A stretch of 64,000 bases of DNA, taken from the NCBI GenBank assembly GCA_964016885.1, contig OZ024747.1, positions 74,524,001 to 74,588,000 on the forward strand. Direction: 5' to 3'. The position numbers were made by a program, and so were the translations under genes. Source of the stretch: Eledone cirrhosa. Lineage: Eukaryota. Shown here piece by piece: positions 14,925-28,919 of this stretch (positions are counted from its first letter, which is position 1; each line of letters starts with the position of its first letter). The notes under the pieces were generated by a model that was not told the origin of the DNA, did not search any database, and saw nothing but the letters and a program-made list of their open reading frames with translations.

Positions 14925-15060
14925 ATAAAAAAATAATGATAATGAGGATGATAATGATACTACAGAAACACCAGAACGTCGCACAGAATGCTTTACAAAA
15001 TTTGTTTTGATGCACAATGTTCTGAGTTCAAATCCCACCGATGTCAACTTCGCCTTTGAT

Positions 15061-15228
15061 ATTTCCTCTATTCTACATAACCCTTGCTATTCCCCCTGTT
15101 CTACATAACCCCTGCTATTCCCTCTATTCTACATAACCCCTGCTATTCCCCTATTATACATAAACCCTGCTAGTCCCCCTATTCTACATAACCCCTGCTA
15201 TTCCCTCTAGTCTACATGAACCCTCTGC
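15061..15228. repeat. 28-bp minisatellite, ~6 copies
   Basis: Unit ATTCCCCCTATTCTACATAACCCCTGCT; TTCTACATAA recurs at 15071, 15099 and 15127. Confidence 0.9.
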
Positions 15229-16246
15229 TAGAGGGGCCTATTTAGAGGAAACATATATGAGCCTCTGATATCCGAGTAGAAATGAAGTGTTTAAGCGCTA
15301 TTTACACTGTCCAACAGTAAACAAAATATGCTCTGAGGTGAGACAGTTCTCGTATTTAACAACACTTTGAAAATCAGTGATTTTAAACAATTCGTGCAAT
15401 TTAAAGAGAAACAGTCACGACTTTTGTTTAGTATTGATACTTTTAAAAGAAAATATTAACAGCAGTTTACTTTGAATGGCAGAACAGAGAAATTAACTAA
15501 ATCGAAAGTTAGGGTCATCTGTTGTTTTATGTATTTGTATATTTATATATTTATATATTTATATATTTATATATTGATTTATTCAGGAAACAGTTGACAG
15601 AAGACTTTATCTCTATAGCAAAGATGTTTATCTTTCAGTTACTTTGTAAACAAATTATTCGTGTCCATTTAGATTATTATATTTTCTTGTTAATGATTTA
15701 ATATTTAATTACAAGAATATTTGTTTTCTAAATAACAAAAATAATTTAATTGAATCAACTGACATTCTTTACTTGTTGTCAATAACTTTTAGGTTTCATT
15801 GCTTTCTTCCTGCTCCTAAATGAAATGTGTTTTCCATGTGAAGGCTTATAAAGAACAGCAAATGCAGAAAGTGAGAGCGTGTGAGAAGTATCTACGTGAG
15901 CTCTCATCTTACTTGAAATAATAGCTCAATCTCGGCAAATCAATATAAAATATATCTTATTTCCTTGAGAAGGATGGGTCCCGCTAGGCTTAAAAGGCCC
16001 TAGAAACGACGTGTGCCACTACGACCCATCCGGAGTTGTGAGAGCAGGGATGCGTGCATATGTTATATATCTGAATTATTCCCCGTCTTCCACGTATATA
16101 TATATATATATATATATGGAAAGTTATATTTAAATTGTTGGGTTACAACTAGTAAATATTTATAACTGATATAAAAGCACTCGACATATATTTGGAGTAT
16201 ATTTACGATATTAAATAAATGGAAACTATATTTATAAAACCATATT

Positions 16247-16312
16247 TATTTCATTATATATATTTCAGGGATACCATATTAACAATATGCTATGCCTTCC
16301 TCAGACAAAATA
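16247..16312 (-). ncRNA. Type I hammerhead ribozyme (3' pLTR, family A)
   Basis: Minus strand: TATTTTGT-CTGAGGA-AGGCATAGCATATTGTTAATATGGTATCCCT-GAAA-TATATA-TA^-ATGAAATA. Confidence 0.85.
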
Positions 16313-17184
16313 CAATATAGACAGTTTTATAGATAAATAGATTTGACATACCGTTCAACATCGACTTGTATTTGAAAAGTTGATTTGGCAGTGAAAAAAA
16401 AAATTGTAAACAGAAAGAAAGAAAGAGAGAAAAAAGGAAAGAAAGAAAAGAAAGAAAGAAAACGAAGAAAAAGAAGAAAAAGAAGAAATGCATGGAACAA
16501 AATAGAGAGATGGAAAGATAGATAAAGAGAAGAACTTCATGTAAAGAAACAGAGAGAGATATATATATAGATAGAGGAGATAGATAGAGATAGATATATA
16601 GAGAAAAGTAGGTGGTTGGACATCCGTTGAATAAACGTATCAATGATACATTTATTTATTTATTTATTTATTTAGCTCTAGTATTAATGTAAGGGAGATA
16701 TATGTGGTTAGGAGAGAAACCAGCTGTTATATAGAGAGAAAAATGAAAAGTAACCAGACATAGGCGAGGCATAAAAAACCTATGTTTTAATGTAGAAGTA
16801 TTAGTATGTATAAAAACCAGGCACTATAATGTAAATATCAGTATTCTTGAATGAGACACGTATCCATAATGTGTGAAAAGTAATGATCTTATGTTTAGTT
16901 TTAAAAATTCATATGTTTATATGATAACTACAAACATCGATGTGAATTTACGTGATCAACTCTGCAAACCCCAATTTTCCACGGAGAACATACTCATTGT
17001 GCTATAAAAATTTAAGTATACATATATGTGTATATATATACACATATATATAGAGTCTATATTACTACTAATCTTGTCTTTACTCTACGTGATTATCTAT
17101 CAAGCAGAAATAGAGAACAGATTTCAATATATTAATAAAAGATATCAGAAACAAAAACCAAAAAAAAAAAAAAAAAAAAAAAAC

Positions 17185-17221
<37 letters not shown>

Positions 17222-17675
17222 TAATAAAATAGAAAACTAAAAAATATTACGAAAAAATATTACATATTAAAAATATTACATATTAAAAATAAAAATATTA
17301 GAAAATACTACAATAATAAAAACAAACCACAAAGATCAACCCTTCAAAATTAATTGACAATATATTGCCAAGTTCATTATAAGCATCAGAGTCGAAAACA
17401 GATAAAGCTAAAAATTATTTATCAAATCGCGTCTAGCAAAAATCATTTCAAAAAGTTTAGGATGCCCATTTGGTCTACATGTGTTCCTATATTTAATATA
17501 GAAGTTTATCTAGTGTAACGTTTATTCGAAATATTTGGAGCATCAACTTTTAAGGTAGTTTAATTTTTCATGAAGAATGTTTAAATAAAAATAAAAATAA
17601 AAAGAAGAATAAAAAGAAGAAATCGAAAGATTTATCGGCTAGTTTCCCAAATAATTATAAATCAAACTAAATATA

Positions 17676-19679
17676 CTACATTTTAAATTTAAATTTATAT
17701 TTAAAAGTTGAGTTTAATCTATGTTTGCAGCAACTGAATAAATTTGTCCGTAGATTAAGGGAATTTTTAGATTTTAGTATAAAGAATATCTCCTCTGCGC
17801 AGAGGTCACATGTCTCAGAGGATGAATTAAAAGGAATCCCTCTTGAGACTATATTCCAAGCCGTCGAATATCTAACGTTATCTAGCTTAAGTTGCCAGAG
17901 TACGCCTGATAGTGCCGTTGAAGATTTTTTGCTTGGATCTGTGAAAGAATTCTTGTGGTTATTATAGCGAAGTATAAATTCCGTCGATGTGGAACCGACG
18001 TAGTTAAAAGAATTAGAGTCAGTATTAACATTACAATTGTATATTATATTTTTAACTAAGCAGTTGTTATTTAACGGACATTTAGATCTATCTCTACAGT
18101 TACATTTGTTAACTTGTATATTATTTATGCTATTATCACTAGGTTTTAAGTTCCTATTATTTATTCTATTAATATTTTGTGCTAAATTTTTGGTGGATGA
18201 GTAGGTTAATTTTATAGTATGTCTATTGAAAATTGAGTGATACCTATGTGTTCTAGGGAAGCGATTATCAAGAGCTTTAAAAAATAGTTTAGCGATGTGG
18301 GTTTTAATGTTTAGTGAGAAAGGGGGGGCAAACCAAATTATGTTCCTAGTTCTATTTCTTTTTTGGCTTTTGGAATTATTGTAATGCTTTCTATTATAGT
18401 TGTTAAGGTTGTTGCCGTAATTAAAATAGTTGTTATTTTGTTTAGTTTGTCTATCATTATCTATGTACATAATCTTATCACTATATCCTGCTCTAGCTAA
18501 CGCTTCATTGTAGTACTGGGCTTTTTCGTCGAAAATCTTTCTATTGGATGAGATTCTAGAGATACGTTTTTGAACAGAGTTTACTATAGTGTTTTTGACA
18601 GATCTGAGGTGGTTAAAGTTAAAGCTGACATAGTTTAAGTTTTCATTCAACTTGTGAAAAGGATAGTGACGACATGTGTTGAGATTTAATGTTATATCTA
18701 GGAAATTGACTATTCTATGGTTGTTCTCAATTTCTATTTTAAGATTAAAGTAATTAAAAAATTGTGTAATTTGTTTACATTTTCTATTTAGTTCAGAGTT
18801 ATTATTATCAATAAGTAAAAGCATGTCATCTCTATATAAACCTCCGGTAGTACCAGGTATTTTCCTATGTAGCGAATTGATTAAAAATAAGCCCACAAGG
18901 TCAGTTACCTGAGCTGAGTCGGATGATCCCATAGTAATGTCAAAATTGCTATCTCTATCTGCTCTGGTCCATAGTTGGTCATTAAATTCTATCAATGTTT
19001 TCCTAGCCGATAATATAATATGCATTTCATTGCTAGTTAGGTCTGTATGTTTGAATGCGTAATTTAGTGCCTTATTTAGTAGATTAGGGGTAATAGAAGA
19101 ATAATAGTTAGCAATATCAAGTTGAATAAACTTATTATTATTGTTATATTTAATTTGCTTAAACCACTCAACAACCTCTCCAGTTCCCTTCCACAAGCTC
19201 AGGTTAGGTAAACAATCCAAGTTCTTAATTTGCTGTATCACCCTGTCAAGAATGTTTTTGCTTAATTTGCCCAGGTCCGATTTTGATGGTGCGATCAATC
19301 TAACTGGCAAGTCATTTTCAAAATTGCTCTTGTGATCTTTCATATTGATCTTCGGTTTCCTGGGCACGAAAGGTTGTGTTCTGTTCTCAATTTCCAACTC
19401 GTGCATTATACAAGATGCTTCGACATTCATTTTCTCAAGCTCGGCCTTATCAGCTACCTTGTACTTTTTCCTCAGTTCCTTCAGTATGAGGCCATTATAC
19501 ATGTCTTTCTGCACTCCATAGAGGTTGTTGGTCTTGTCAGATTTCACCAAGATCTTCTCAGTTTTCTCTAAGCTCTCAATATTATCCTTAATGCCTTTCA
19601 GATATTCCTGGCCTTTGAAGTTTCTCTTGAATTTGACCCCTTGTATGATAGAAATTATATCGTTTTCAAAGTCAGATAT
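17676..19679 (-). CDS. PLE reverse transcriptase plus GIY-YIG endonuclease (5'-truncated; frame open to the inversion junction)
   Basis: The frame stays open upstream of 19550 (ISDFENDIISIIQGVKFKRNF...KILVKSDKTNNLY). Motifs: KDHK, RLIAP, LDIANYYSSI, FDITMGSSD, GLYRDD, VNFLDITLNL, IIWFAPPFS, CNCRDRSKCPLNNNC, IIY..YVGST, CDLC, CKH. Confidence 0.93.
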   Translation of the reverse strand: MSDFENDIISIIQGVKFKRNFKGQEYLKGIKDNIESLEKTEKILVKSDKTNNLYGVQKDMYNGLILKELRKKYKVADKAELEKMNVEASCIMHELEIENRTQPFVPRKPKINMKDHKSNFENDLPVRLIAPSKSDLGKLSKNILDRVIQQIKNLDCLPNLSLWKGTGEVVEWFKQIKYNNNNKFIQLDIANYYSSITPNLLNKALNYAFKHTDLTSNEMHIILSARKTLIEFNDQLWTRADRDSNFDITMGSSDSAQVTDLVGLFLINSLHRKIPGTTGGLYRDDMLLLIDNNNSELNRKCKQITQFFNYFNLKIEIENNHRIVNFLDITLNLNTCRHYPFHKLNENLNYVSFNFNHLRSVKNTIVNSVQKRISRISSNRKIFDEKAQYYNEALARAGYSDKIMYIDNDRQTKQNNNYFNYGNNLNNYNRKHYNNSKSQKRNRTRNIIWFAPPFSLNIKTHIAKLFFKALDNRFPRTHRYHSIFNRHTIKLTYSSTKNLAQNINRINNRNLKPSDNSINNIQVNKCNCRDRSKCPLNNNCLVKNIIYNCNVNTDSNSFNYVGSTSTEFILRYNNHKNSFTDPSKKSSTALSGVLWQLKLDNVRYSTAWNIVSRGIPFNSSSETCDLCAEEIFFILKSKNSLNLRTNLFSCCKHRLNSTFKYKFKFKM

Positions 19680-19699
19680 CTATAAAACTGTCTATATTG

Positions 19700-19765
19700 T
19701 ATTTTATCTGAGGAAGGCATAGCATATTGTTAATATGGTATCCCTGAAATATATATAATGAAATA
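19700..19765 (+). ncRNA. Type I hammerhead ribozyme (inverted 5' pLTR, family A)
   Basis: CTGAGGA at 19708, GAAA at 19746, TATATA-TA^. Confidence 0.85.
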
Positions 19766-19805
19766 AATATGGTTTTATAAATATAGTTTCCATTTATTTA
19801 ATATC

Positions 19806-19871
<66 letters not shown>

Positions 19872-20087
19872 CACCCTGGCGGACCTAACCGGTCTTAACA
19901 ATCTAAATCAAGCGAGCTTCGTCTTTAGCCGTTATAGAGAGTGATCTTTACCGTCTTGGTGTATCTAATCTGCACCTCATAGTGTATTGAGTTCTAACTC
20001 TCAACCGTATACTCATGCGCATATATATATACGCATGCGTGCACATATTTACCTGCGTGCATGAGCATATATACATACATATTTTAA

Positions 20088-20157
<70 letters not shown>

Positions 20158-21102
20158 ATTGAGAGAAAAAATAGTCATAATATATGTTCATGTATGCATA
20201 TACGTGTGTTTATGGGGTCGTTTATATATGCGTATCTGTTTTCACGTGTGTTTGTGCGATCGTTTCAATATGCATGTGTGTATATATGTGTGTTTATGTT
20301 GTGGTTTGTATATGTGTGTGTGTGTGTATATGTGTCTGTTTATGTTGTGGTTTGTGTATCAAATTATTGCACGATTGTTAAATGTCACTCGCTATAGTCC
20401 CGTCTATCATATTTTATATTGCAGAATATATTATTTTTATACTGACGAATCAAACACTTCCTCTCGGTTAGTTAGACTGGATATAGCAGATACTGACATT
20501 CCGGCATGCCAGGCTGTGATGATAAGGTTATGCAAGGGTGTGTAAACATCGTTTCCTCCATGGATGAATGACAATTAATGTTCTAAACATACAGGAACAT
20601 GAAACGTTTAAACAAAGATAGGAAAATATGAATATAAAGTACACATGATCTAAAAGATGTAACCTTAAAGATATGTCTTTGATTATGCCTTACAGCAAGA
20701 ATAAACACAGGTACATGCACATGAACACACAGATATCCACATATGTTTAAATATTTGTAATATATTTGTTATATATTATACAGAATGGGAAGAGAGGAAA
20801 TGATGCACTCCATCACTAATCCATATTTTCAAGATACTTGTGCGCCTTGCCTCGTCATTGTTCCAATCTATCCACGAAACACTGAGCAAACATCCTAAAC
20901 TGATTGCCAGCCTACACCACATATGACTACTGCTAAACAAACGCGTGACACTAGAAATAGCAACCAAAAATCCAACTAAATCAATTCTACAATAAAGGAG
21001 TTATTAATATTAATTGACGTTTCGGCATACGTTTAATGTATAAAATTGCTTCCCTGGGTAATATTTTATCTGCATATTTTATCCATTCATTGAGATGTTA
21101 AT

Positions 21103-21275
<173 letters not shown>

Positions 21276-22324
21276 GTAGGAGGTGAGTTTTATTGTAGTA
21301 CAATAAAGCAATGCAGATATCGGATAAGAAGCACTCTACAGTTTGTAGGACTGGAGTATACATAATATATAATATCAAAAGATGATTAAATGCGTTCCAT
21401 GCATTTTATTATGCGCATTTCAAAAACAAATATCATCATGCAATAACATTTGTGTTTTCATCAGATAAAATATGAGGACATATGAAGGTTAAAAACACTT
21501 GTGGATAGTGCAGTTTTAAATCAACATATGAAAAGTAGTTTTAGATTGATGTGTAATATTGGGGGAAAAAAATGTTTGAGGGGGGGGGGGGGGTGGAAAG
21601 GATGAAAAAGAGGAGGAGTTGAGAGTAAAAAGTGGAGGGGGAGGAGTATAATGAGGAAGGATCAGATAGGAGGAGAGATGGCTGATAGAGAGAGAGAGAG
21701 ATAGCTTTTATAACTGAGAAAAATATATTGTTTCACATAGAGAGGTTGAAAAACCGTTGGAAGATAATGTATAAATTAAAAGAATTTGAAAATTAACGAG
21801 GAGAAAAATAATGTAAAGTTAAGGTTTGTATATTTCATCGCACATATTATTAAACCCTTCAATATACAAACCTTAACTTTACATTATTTTTCTCTTCGTT
21901 AATTTTCAAATTCTTTTAATTTATACATTATCTTCCAACGGTTTTTCAACCTCTCTATGTAAAACAATATATTTTTCTCAGTTATAAAAGCTATCTCTCT
22001 CTCTCTATCAGCCATCTCTCCTCCTATCTCATCCTTCCTCATTATACTCCTCCCCCTCCACTTTTTACTCTCAACTCATCCTCTTTTTCATCCTTTCCAA
22101 CCTCTCCCCCCCCTCAAAAAAAGTGTTTCCCCAATATTACACATCAATCTAAAACTACTTTTCATATGTTGATTTAAAACTGCACTATCCACAAGTGTTT
22201 TTAACCTTCATATCATGTCCTCATATTTTATCTGATGAAAACACAAATGTTATTGCATGATGATATTTGTTTTTGAAATGCGCATAATAAAATACATGAA
22301 ACTCATTTAACCATCTTTTGATCT

Positions 22325-22333
<9 letters not shown>
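21276..22333. mobile_element. ORF-less PLE fold-back: ~470-bp inverted arms, each with a hammerhead
   Basis: Arms ~21365-21834 and 21861-22333 with a 26-nt spacer. HHRs at 21402-21472 (-) and 22224-22294 (+): TATTTTAT-CTGATGA...GAAA-TGCGCA-TA^-ATAAAAT. Confidence 0.85.
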
Positions 22334-22378
<45 letters not shown>

Positions 22379-22465
22379 GACTGTTTCATTCGTGAGAAAT
22401 CATCAGGGCCTCCTGATGATTTCTCCCGAATGAAATAGTTCTAGTCCTGTAGAAGCCTTTTCTAT

Positions 22466-22564
<99 letters not shown>

Positions 22565-22726
22565 AATTAACAGATTAAAGTTTAAGCAAAGAATCGCTGC
22601 TTTCACACTTAACGGAATCTTCTAGGGTTCTTATATATTTGATATATATATATTTATCCTTATCGAGCCCTTTTTGGATTTTAGTCTTCACATTTATTAT
22701 TATTTATTTACTATATATATATATAA

Positions 22727-23147
22727 GTAAAGGGATATTTAATTTGTTGGTAATTCAACAAATATATATCTTTATAACTGATTCCAAGCACTCGATAGGT
22801 TTTCTGGAGTATAATATCAATGATATTAGTAAATGGAAACTATATTTATAAAACCACATTTATTCTATTATATATATTTCAAGGGTACCAAAACTTTGGT
22901 ACGCTCTCATCAGATAAAATACAAAGTCTGTTTTATAAATATTGACATATCCAGGAACGTGATCTAACGGTTCAAGTATCCAGGAAAAACTTGAACCGTT
23001 AAGATCTTGTTCCTGGATATGTCAATATTTATAAAACAAACTTTGTATTTTATCTGATGAGTGCGTACCAAAGTTTTGGTACCCTTCAAATATATATAAT
23101 AGAATAAATGTGGTTTTATAAATATAGTTTCCATTTACTAATATCAT

Positions 23148-23150
<3 letters not shown>
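22727..23150. mobile_element. ORF-less PLE fold-back (family A relative) with two hammerheads
   Basis: Centre 22978-22988. Intact HHR at 22861-22921 (-). The right copy (CTGATGA at 23054) has GAAA changed to CAAA. Confidence 0.85.
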
Positions 23151-23235
<85 letters not shown>

Positions 23236-23342
23236 CGAAGGAAATGTGGTAAGGAATAAGGAACCAGGTGGACCATAACGCACCAAAGTCCAGAATTAGC
23301 CGTCGAAACGGCTTGAGCTCAGCTGTCGGGGTCTTACTGGTT

Positions 23343-23967
<625 letters not shown>

Positions 23968-24455
23968 TTTGACTTATGCCAAACTCCCCTCTTTCGGAGA
24001 ATTGACAGAAGTTAAACTGTATATATATATGTATGTGTGTGTTTCCACTATTAAGATTTTATACACCTCCATAACAGTAAATACCTCTAAACGTTAGTAA
24101 TCAATGTGACAGAAATACCCCCACATTGTCCTCATTTTACAACAATCTCTGCCTTTTCTGCCACTACAGTGTATCAATAACCAGTCTCCACTCATTACAC
24201 AAAGTTTAATAGCGCTAAGCATTGTACGTACTTTGATGTTGAAAAGCACCGAGGAATACCTAACATGAAAATGTCCGCCATTTAACCAACTCTGCACTAG
24301 ATTCCATGTATTAAATTAACATGTTTATGATAAATTTGGAATTTATTTATTTATTTTATAATTAACAATTAATGCAAATGAATATTTGAAGTTTTAATCT
24401 GTATATAATATTAACGTTAGCGGCAATGAGTAATTTCAACACTTAATCTGGGTAT

Positions 24456-24880
24456 AATAATAATTGTTTCTACTTTCAGCACAAGTCCAGCAATGAGAAG
24501 AGGAAGAGAAAGTCGATTAAATCGACCCCAGTAAATTACTGGTACTTTATTTATCGACACCATAAGGATGAAATGCAAAGCTACCCTCGGCAGGATTTAA
24601 GCTCAGAACTCTATGCCGTGAAACATGTTGTCCGACGTCCACCGATTCTGCCAATCCACCGCCCTATTATGTGTATAATAATAACTTTAGCTGAATTAAA
24701 TAATTGTTAAAAAATATCATCTATTAGCTAATAATTGTTTCTACTTTTGGCACAAGGCCAGCAATTACCCAGTGCATTACTCGTACTTTATTTTATCGAC
24801 CCCGTAAGGATGAAAGGCGAAGTTAACCCCGGCGGGATTTGAAGCCAGAAGGTAAAGGGCCATAACTCTATGCCGCAAAG
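24456..24880 (-). mobile_element. Two tRNA-derived SINE copies (24456-24664 and 24729-24880)
   Basis: Family 1 body. The first copy ends in ...GCCAATCCACCGCC, the 5' end of the SINE. Confidence 0.82.
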
Positions 24881-25259
24881 TATATTATAGCTAATAATGT
24901 GAGTATTGTGGTTGTGTGGTATTTTAGCATTGATCAATATATCGAAATATTAACAATCTAAGATGGTGTACGGTAGAACAGCGTGTACTTAAATAGAAGA
25001 GACTTTATTTTAACGACTCTTTTCTGTTCTTCTAGTGAAGAATTTCTTTGAATTCTAAAATTGCTGACATTTTCGAAATATTTACCGAAGTAGAAAACTG
25101 ATTACGTCATTAAAATAGGAAACATTTGGGAGACATGAACGGCTTCATTATATTTTATAGACAATAACCACTAATATTGATACATAGTCGGTTAGTTTTA
25201 TAGTGTTTACTAGTTGTCAAAAATATTTATTAATCCTGCTCTGTATTGGTAAGATACTG

Positions 25260-25310
<51 letters not shown>

Positions 25311-25311
25311 A

Positions 25312-25346
<35 letters not shown>

Positions 25347-25351
25347 GTACA

Positions 25352-25402
<51 letters not shown>

Positions 25403-25744
25403 CCACACACACACACACACACATATGTATATATATATATATATATATACACAACCCACACACACACATATTTATGTATATATACACACATTATATTATA
25501 TTTTATATATATATTTATATATATATATAACGAAGGAGTTGCGGTAAGGAACCAGATGGACCATAACGCACCAGAGTACTCAATACTTAGAGTAGTAGAG
25601 TTGGTAATAGGAAAATAGGAAAATAGGAAAATAGGAAAATAGGGTCATACATTTTCCTATATATATATTATATATATATATTATATATATATATGATATA
25701 TATATGTAGATAAATCTACCAAGAGTTTACGGTAGTGTCCAATC

Positions 25745-25824
25745 CGTATGAATGTATATATGTATGTCTATGTATGAGTATGTATGTATGTGTATGTATG
25801 TGTGTGTATATGTATGTATGTGTG

Positions 25825-25907
<83 letters not shown>

Positions 25908-26003
25908 TATATGTGTGTGTGTGTGTATATATATCTTTATATATGTGTATGTGTATGTGTGTGTATGTGTGTGTGTGTGTATATATGTATGTGTGTGTAT
26001 ATG

Positions 26004-26068
<65 letters not shown>

Positions 26069-26083
26069 ATGTGTATGTGTGTG

Positions 26084-26120
<37 letters not shown>

Positions 26121-26193
26121 GTGGGTATGTATGTGTATGTGTGTGTATATATATGAGTGTGTTTATATATATATGTGTGTAGATGTGTCTGTG

Positions 26194-26272
<79 letters not shown>

Positions 26273-26617
26273 ATATCTATACGTGTGTTGTGAATGTATA
26301 TATATATATGTATGCGTGTATGTGTATATATGTATAGATATATATGTATATATGTGTGTATATGTGTATATGTCTATGTATTTATATGTGTATATGTATG
26401 TGTCTCTATATGTATGCGTGTGTGTATGTGTATGTGTATTTATATGGTATGTGTATGTATATGTAGGTGTATGTATGTGTTTGTGTATATGTGTATGTAT
26501 ATGTATGTATATGTATGTGTGTCTATGTGTGTGTATATATATATATATGTATATGTATGTATATCGATGTATATTTTATATTTTACTTGTTTATATATAT
26601 ATATATGTGTGTGTATG

Positions 26618-26672
<55 letters not shown>

Positions 26673-26683
26673 ATATATATATG

Positions 26684-26754
<71 letters not shown>

Positions 26755-26755
26755 T
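25745..26755. repeat. Mixed (TA)/(TG)/(TATG) microsatellite
   Basis: Seen directly. Confidence 0.95.
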
Positions 26756-27351
26756 TTCTTGATATATTTCTTTTTTCTTTTTCTTTCCTTTTTATTTCTA
26801 AGTTTATAGATACATTTATAAATAGGCAGTCTGCTGACACCGTTGAATACTGACCTCTCCCCCCCCCCACCTAATTTCTGTATCTGGATCTAAATATGTG
26901 TGGCAGTGTTTATGTGCGTGCATTAATGTCCATATGCTTATGATAATAGTATATACACATATATATGTGTGTGGGGGTGTATGTGTGTATGTATGTTCGT
27001 GGTTATGTGTATGTTTATGCGTATACGCGCGTGTGTGTGTGATTGTACGAATATGTGTGAGTATATGAATGTGTGTATATATTTATTTTATATGTATGTG
27101 TGTATACGCATTTGATCTGTAGATTATAAACTTACAGAGACATTAGCCTTGAATTTTTGTATTTACATACATCTTTTTGGCATGCATATGCATGTGAACA
27201 TATATCTTTATGCATATCTGTGAACGAAGTTACTTACATGTATATACACACACCTAACTGTATAAACTTTTTGTATTTTCATTGGTCAATTTGAACTCTG
27301 TTCCCAAACAGACCTGAAATTTTGAATTGTTGTTATTATCAATAAATATAT

Positions 27352-27506
27352 TTCATTATTTCTGAAGGCGGCATATATATGTGTTTGGTATGTATATTTA
27401 ATTTTGATAGTTTGTATAATTTTGTATAATTTTGTACATAGATCTGTTGAATATGCATGCCAATTCTAACACATATATATCCTAGAAACGATCGTTAAAT
27501 AATGAA
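27352..27506 (+). ncRNA. Type I hammerhead-like motif with a ~116-nt stem II
   Basis: Perfect 10-bp stem I TTCATTATTT/AAATAATGAA. Core CTGAAGG at 27362 (A9G). Stem II ATATATATGTGTT/AACACATATATAT and TGGTATGTATATTTA/TGAATATGCATGCCA. GAAA-CGATCG-TT^. Confidence 0.75.
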
Positions 27507-27590
27507 CTTTTTTTGTTTAATATAAGGAACTGTTTCATTGTTTTATTCATTATTTTTTTAATATTTTATGATATATATATATATATATAT

Positions 27591-27799
27591 GTAAAAGTTC
27601 TATTTAAATTGTTGGGATACAACAAGCAAATATTTTTATAACTGATATAAAGCACTCAACAAATATTTGGAGTAAGAATACGATATTAACAAATGGAAAC
27701 TATATTTATAAAACCATATTTATTTCATTATACATATTTCAAGGACACCAAGTTAAATTATGGTGTGCTTTCATCAGATAAAATATAATATAGATCAGT
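27591..27799 (-). mobile_element. Solo PLE pLTR end (family A relative) with a hammerhead at 27721-27785
   Basis: Minus strand: CTGATGA-AAGCACACCA-loop-TGGTGTCCTT-GAAA-TATGTA-TA^-ATGAAATA, followed by the same tail as 1200-1290. Confidence 0.85.
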
Positions 27800-27827
27800 A
27801 TATATATTATATATATAAATATATATA

Positions 27828-28022
<195 letters not shown>

Positions 28023-28183
28023 CACAGTTCAAGAGTAACCAATCTTACAATGCAGCCTCAACAGATGAATACTGCTTTATTATGGCTGACAACTGATACA
28101 ACCAGGACACCATAGTGAAACACCAATATATGGAACACTACATTATGTAACATTCTCTCCTTATTTTAATTTATATTCCTTTG

Positions 28184-28306
28184 AAGTTCCGATGAGCCGC
28201 TCTGTTGTTAAATATGTTAATTATTTTCAACTGAACCAGATCAATAATTATATATAGTCATCTGATCCAGAAATATTATATGGAGTAGCGAAACAATTGT
28301 AAACGG
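28184..28306 (+). ncRNA. Hammerhead-like motif with CCGATGA core and ~94-nt stem II region
   Basis: GTT-CCGATGA(28189)-GCCGCTCT...GGAGTAGC-GAAA(28290)-CAATTG-TA^-AAC. Stem I is short. Confidence 0.6.
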
Positions 28307-28517
28307 ACATTATTATTATTAATATTATTATTATTATTCTCTACATTCCTTACATCAAACTAAAATACGTTGACAATCTTTTAATAATGTCTTCCTTGTG
28401 AAATGTGTGGTCTTGTTTTGCTTAACTAATGAATATATATATTATATATATATATACATATATATATATTATATATATATATATATTATATATATATATA
28501 TAATATATATACATATA

Positions 28518-28591
<74 letters not shown>

Positions 28592-28696
28592 TATATATAT
28601 ATATTATATATATATATTATATATATATATCATATATATTATATATATATTATATATATATATCATATATATTATATATATATTATATATATATAC

Positions 28697-28733
<37 letters not shown>

Positions 28734-28884
28734 TATATATTATATATATATATTATATATATATATTATATATATTATATATATATATTATATATATATA
28801 TCATATATATATCATATATATGATATATATATTATATATATATATATCATATATATTATATATATATTATATATATATATATAC

Positions 28885-28919
<35 letters not shown>

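Larger units (their letters stand above)
16117..19808 (-). mobile_element. Near full-length Hydra-type Penelope-like retroelement (family A) with a 3' pLTR and tail and an inverted partial 5' pLTR
   Basis: Single RT+GIY-YIG ORF. 19677-19807 is the reverse complement of ~16205-16335. (TA)n on both flanks. Confidence 0.93.

Noticed and set aside
21005-21068. Possible minus-strand hammerhead (…GCC-GAAACGTC)
   Set aside because: The core reads CCAGGGA rather than CTGANGA and stem III is incomplete; too degenerate to call.
24094-24270. Possible Cys-rich host exon on minus (also candidate splice donors near 29150, 31810 and 42068)
   Set aside because: No recognisable homology and no consistent exon chain can be built by eye.
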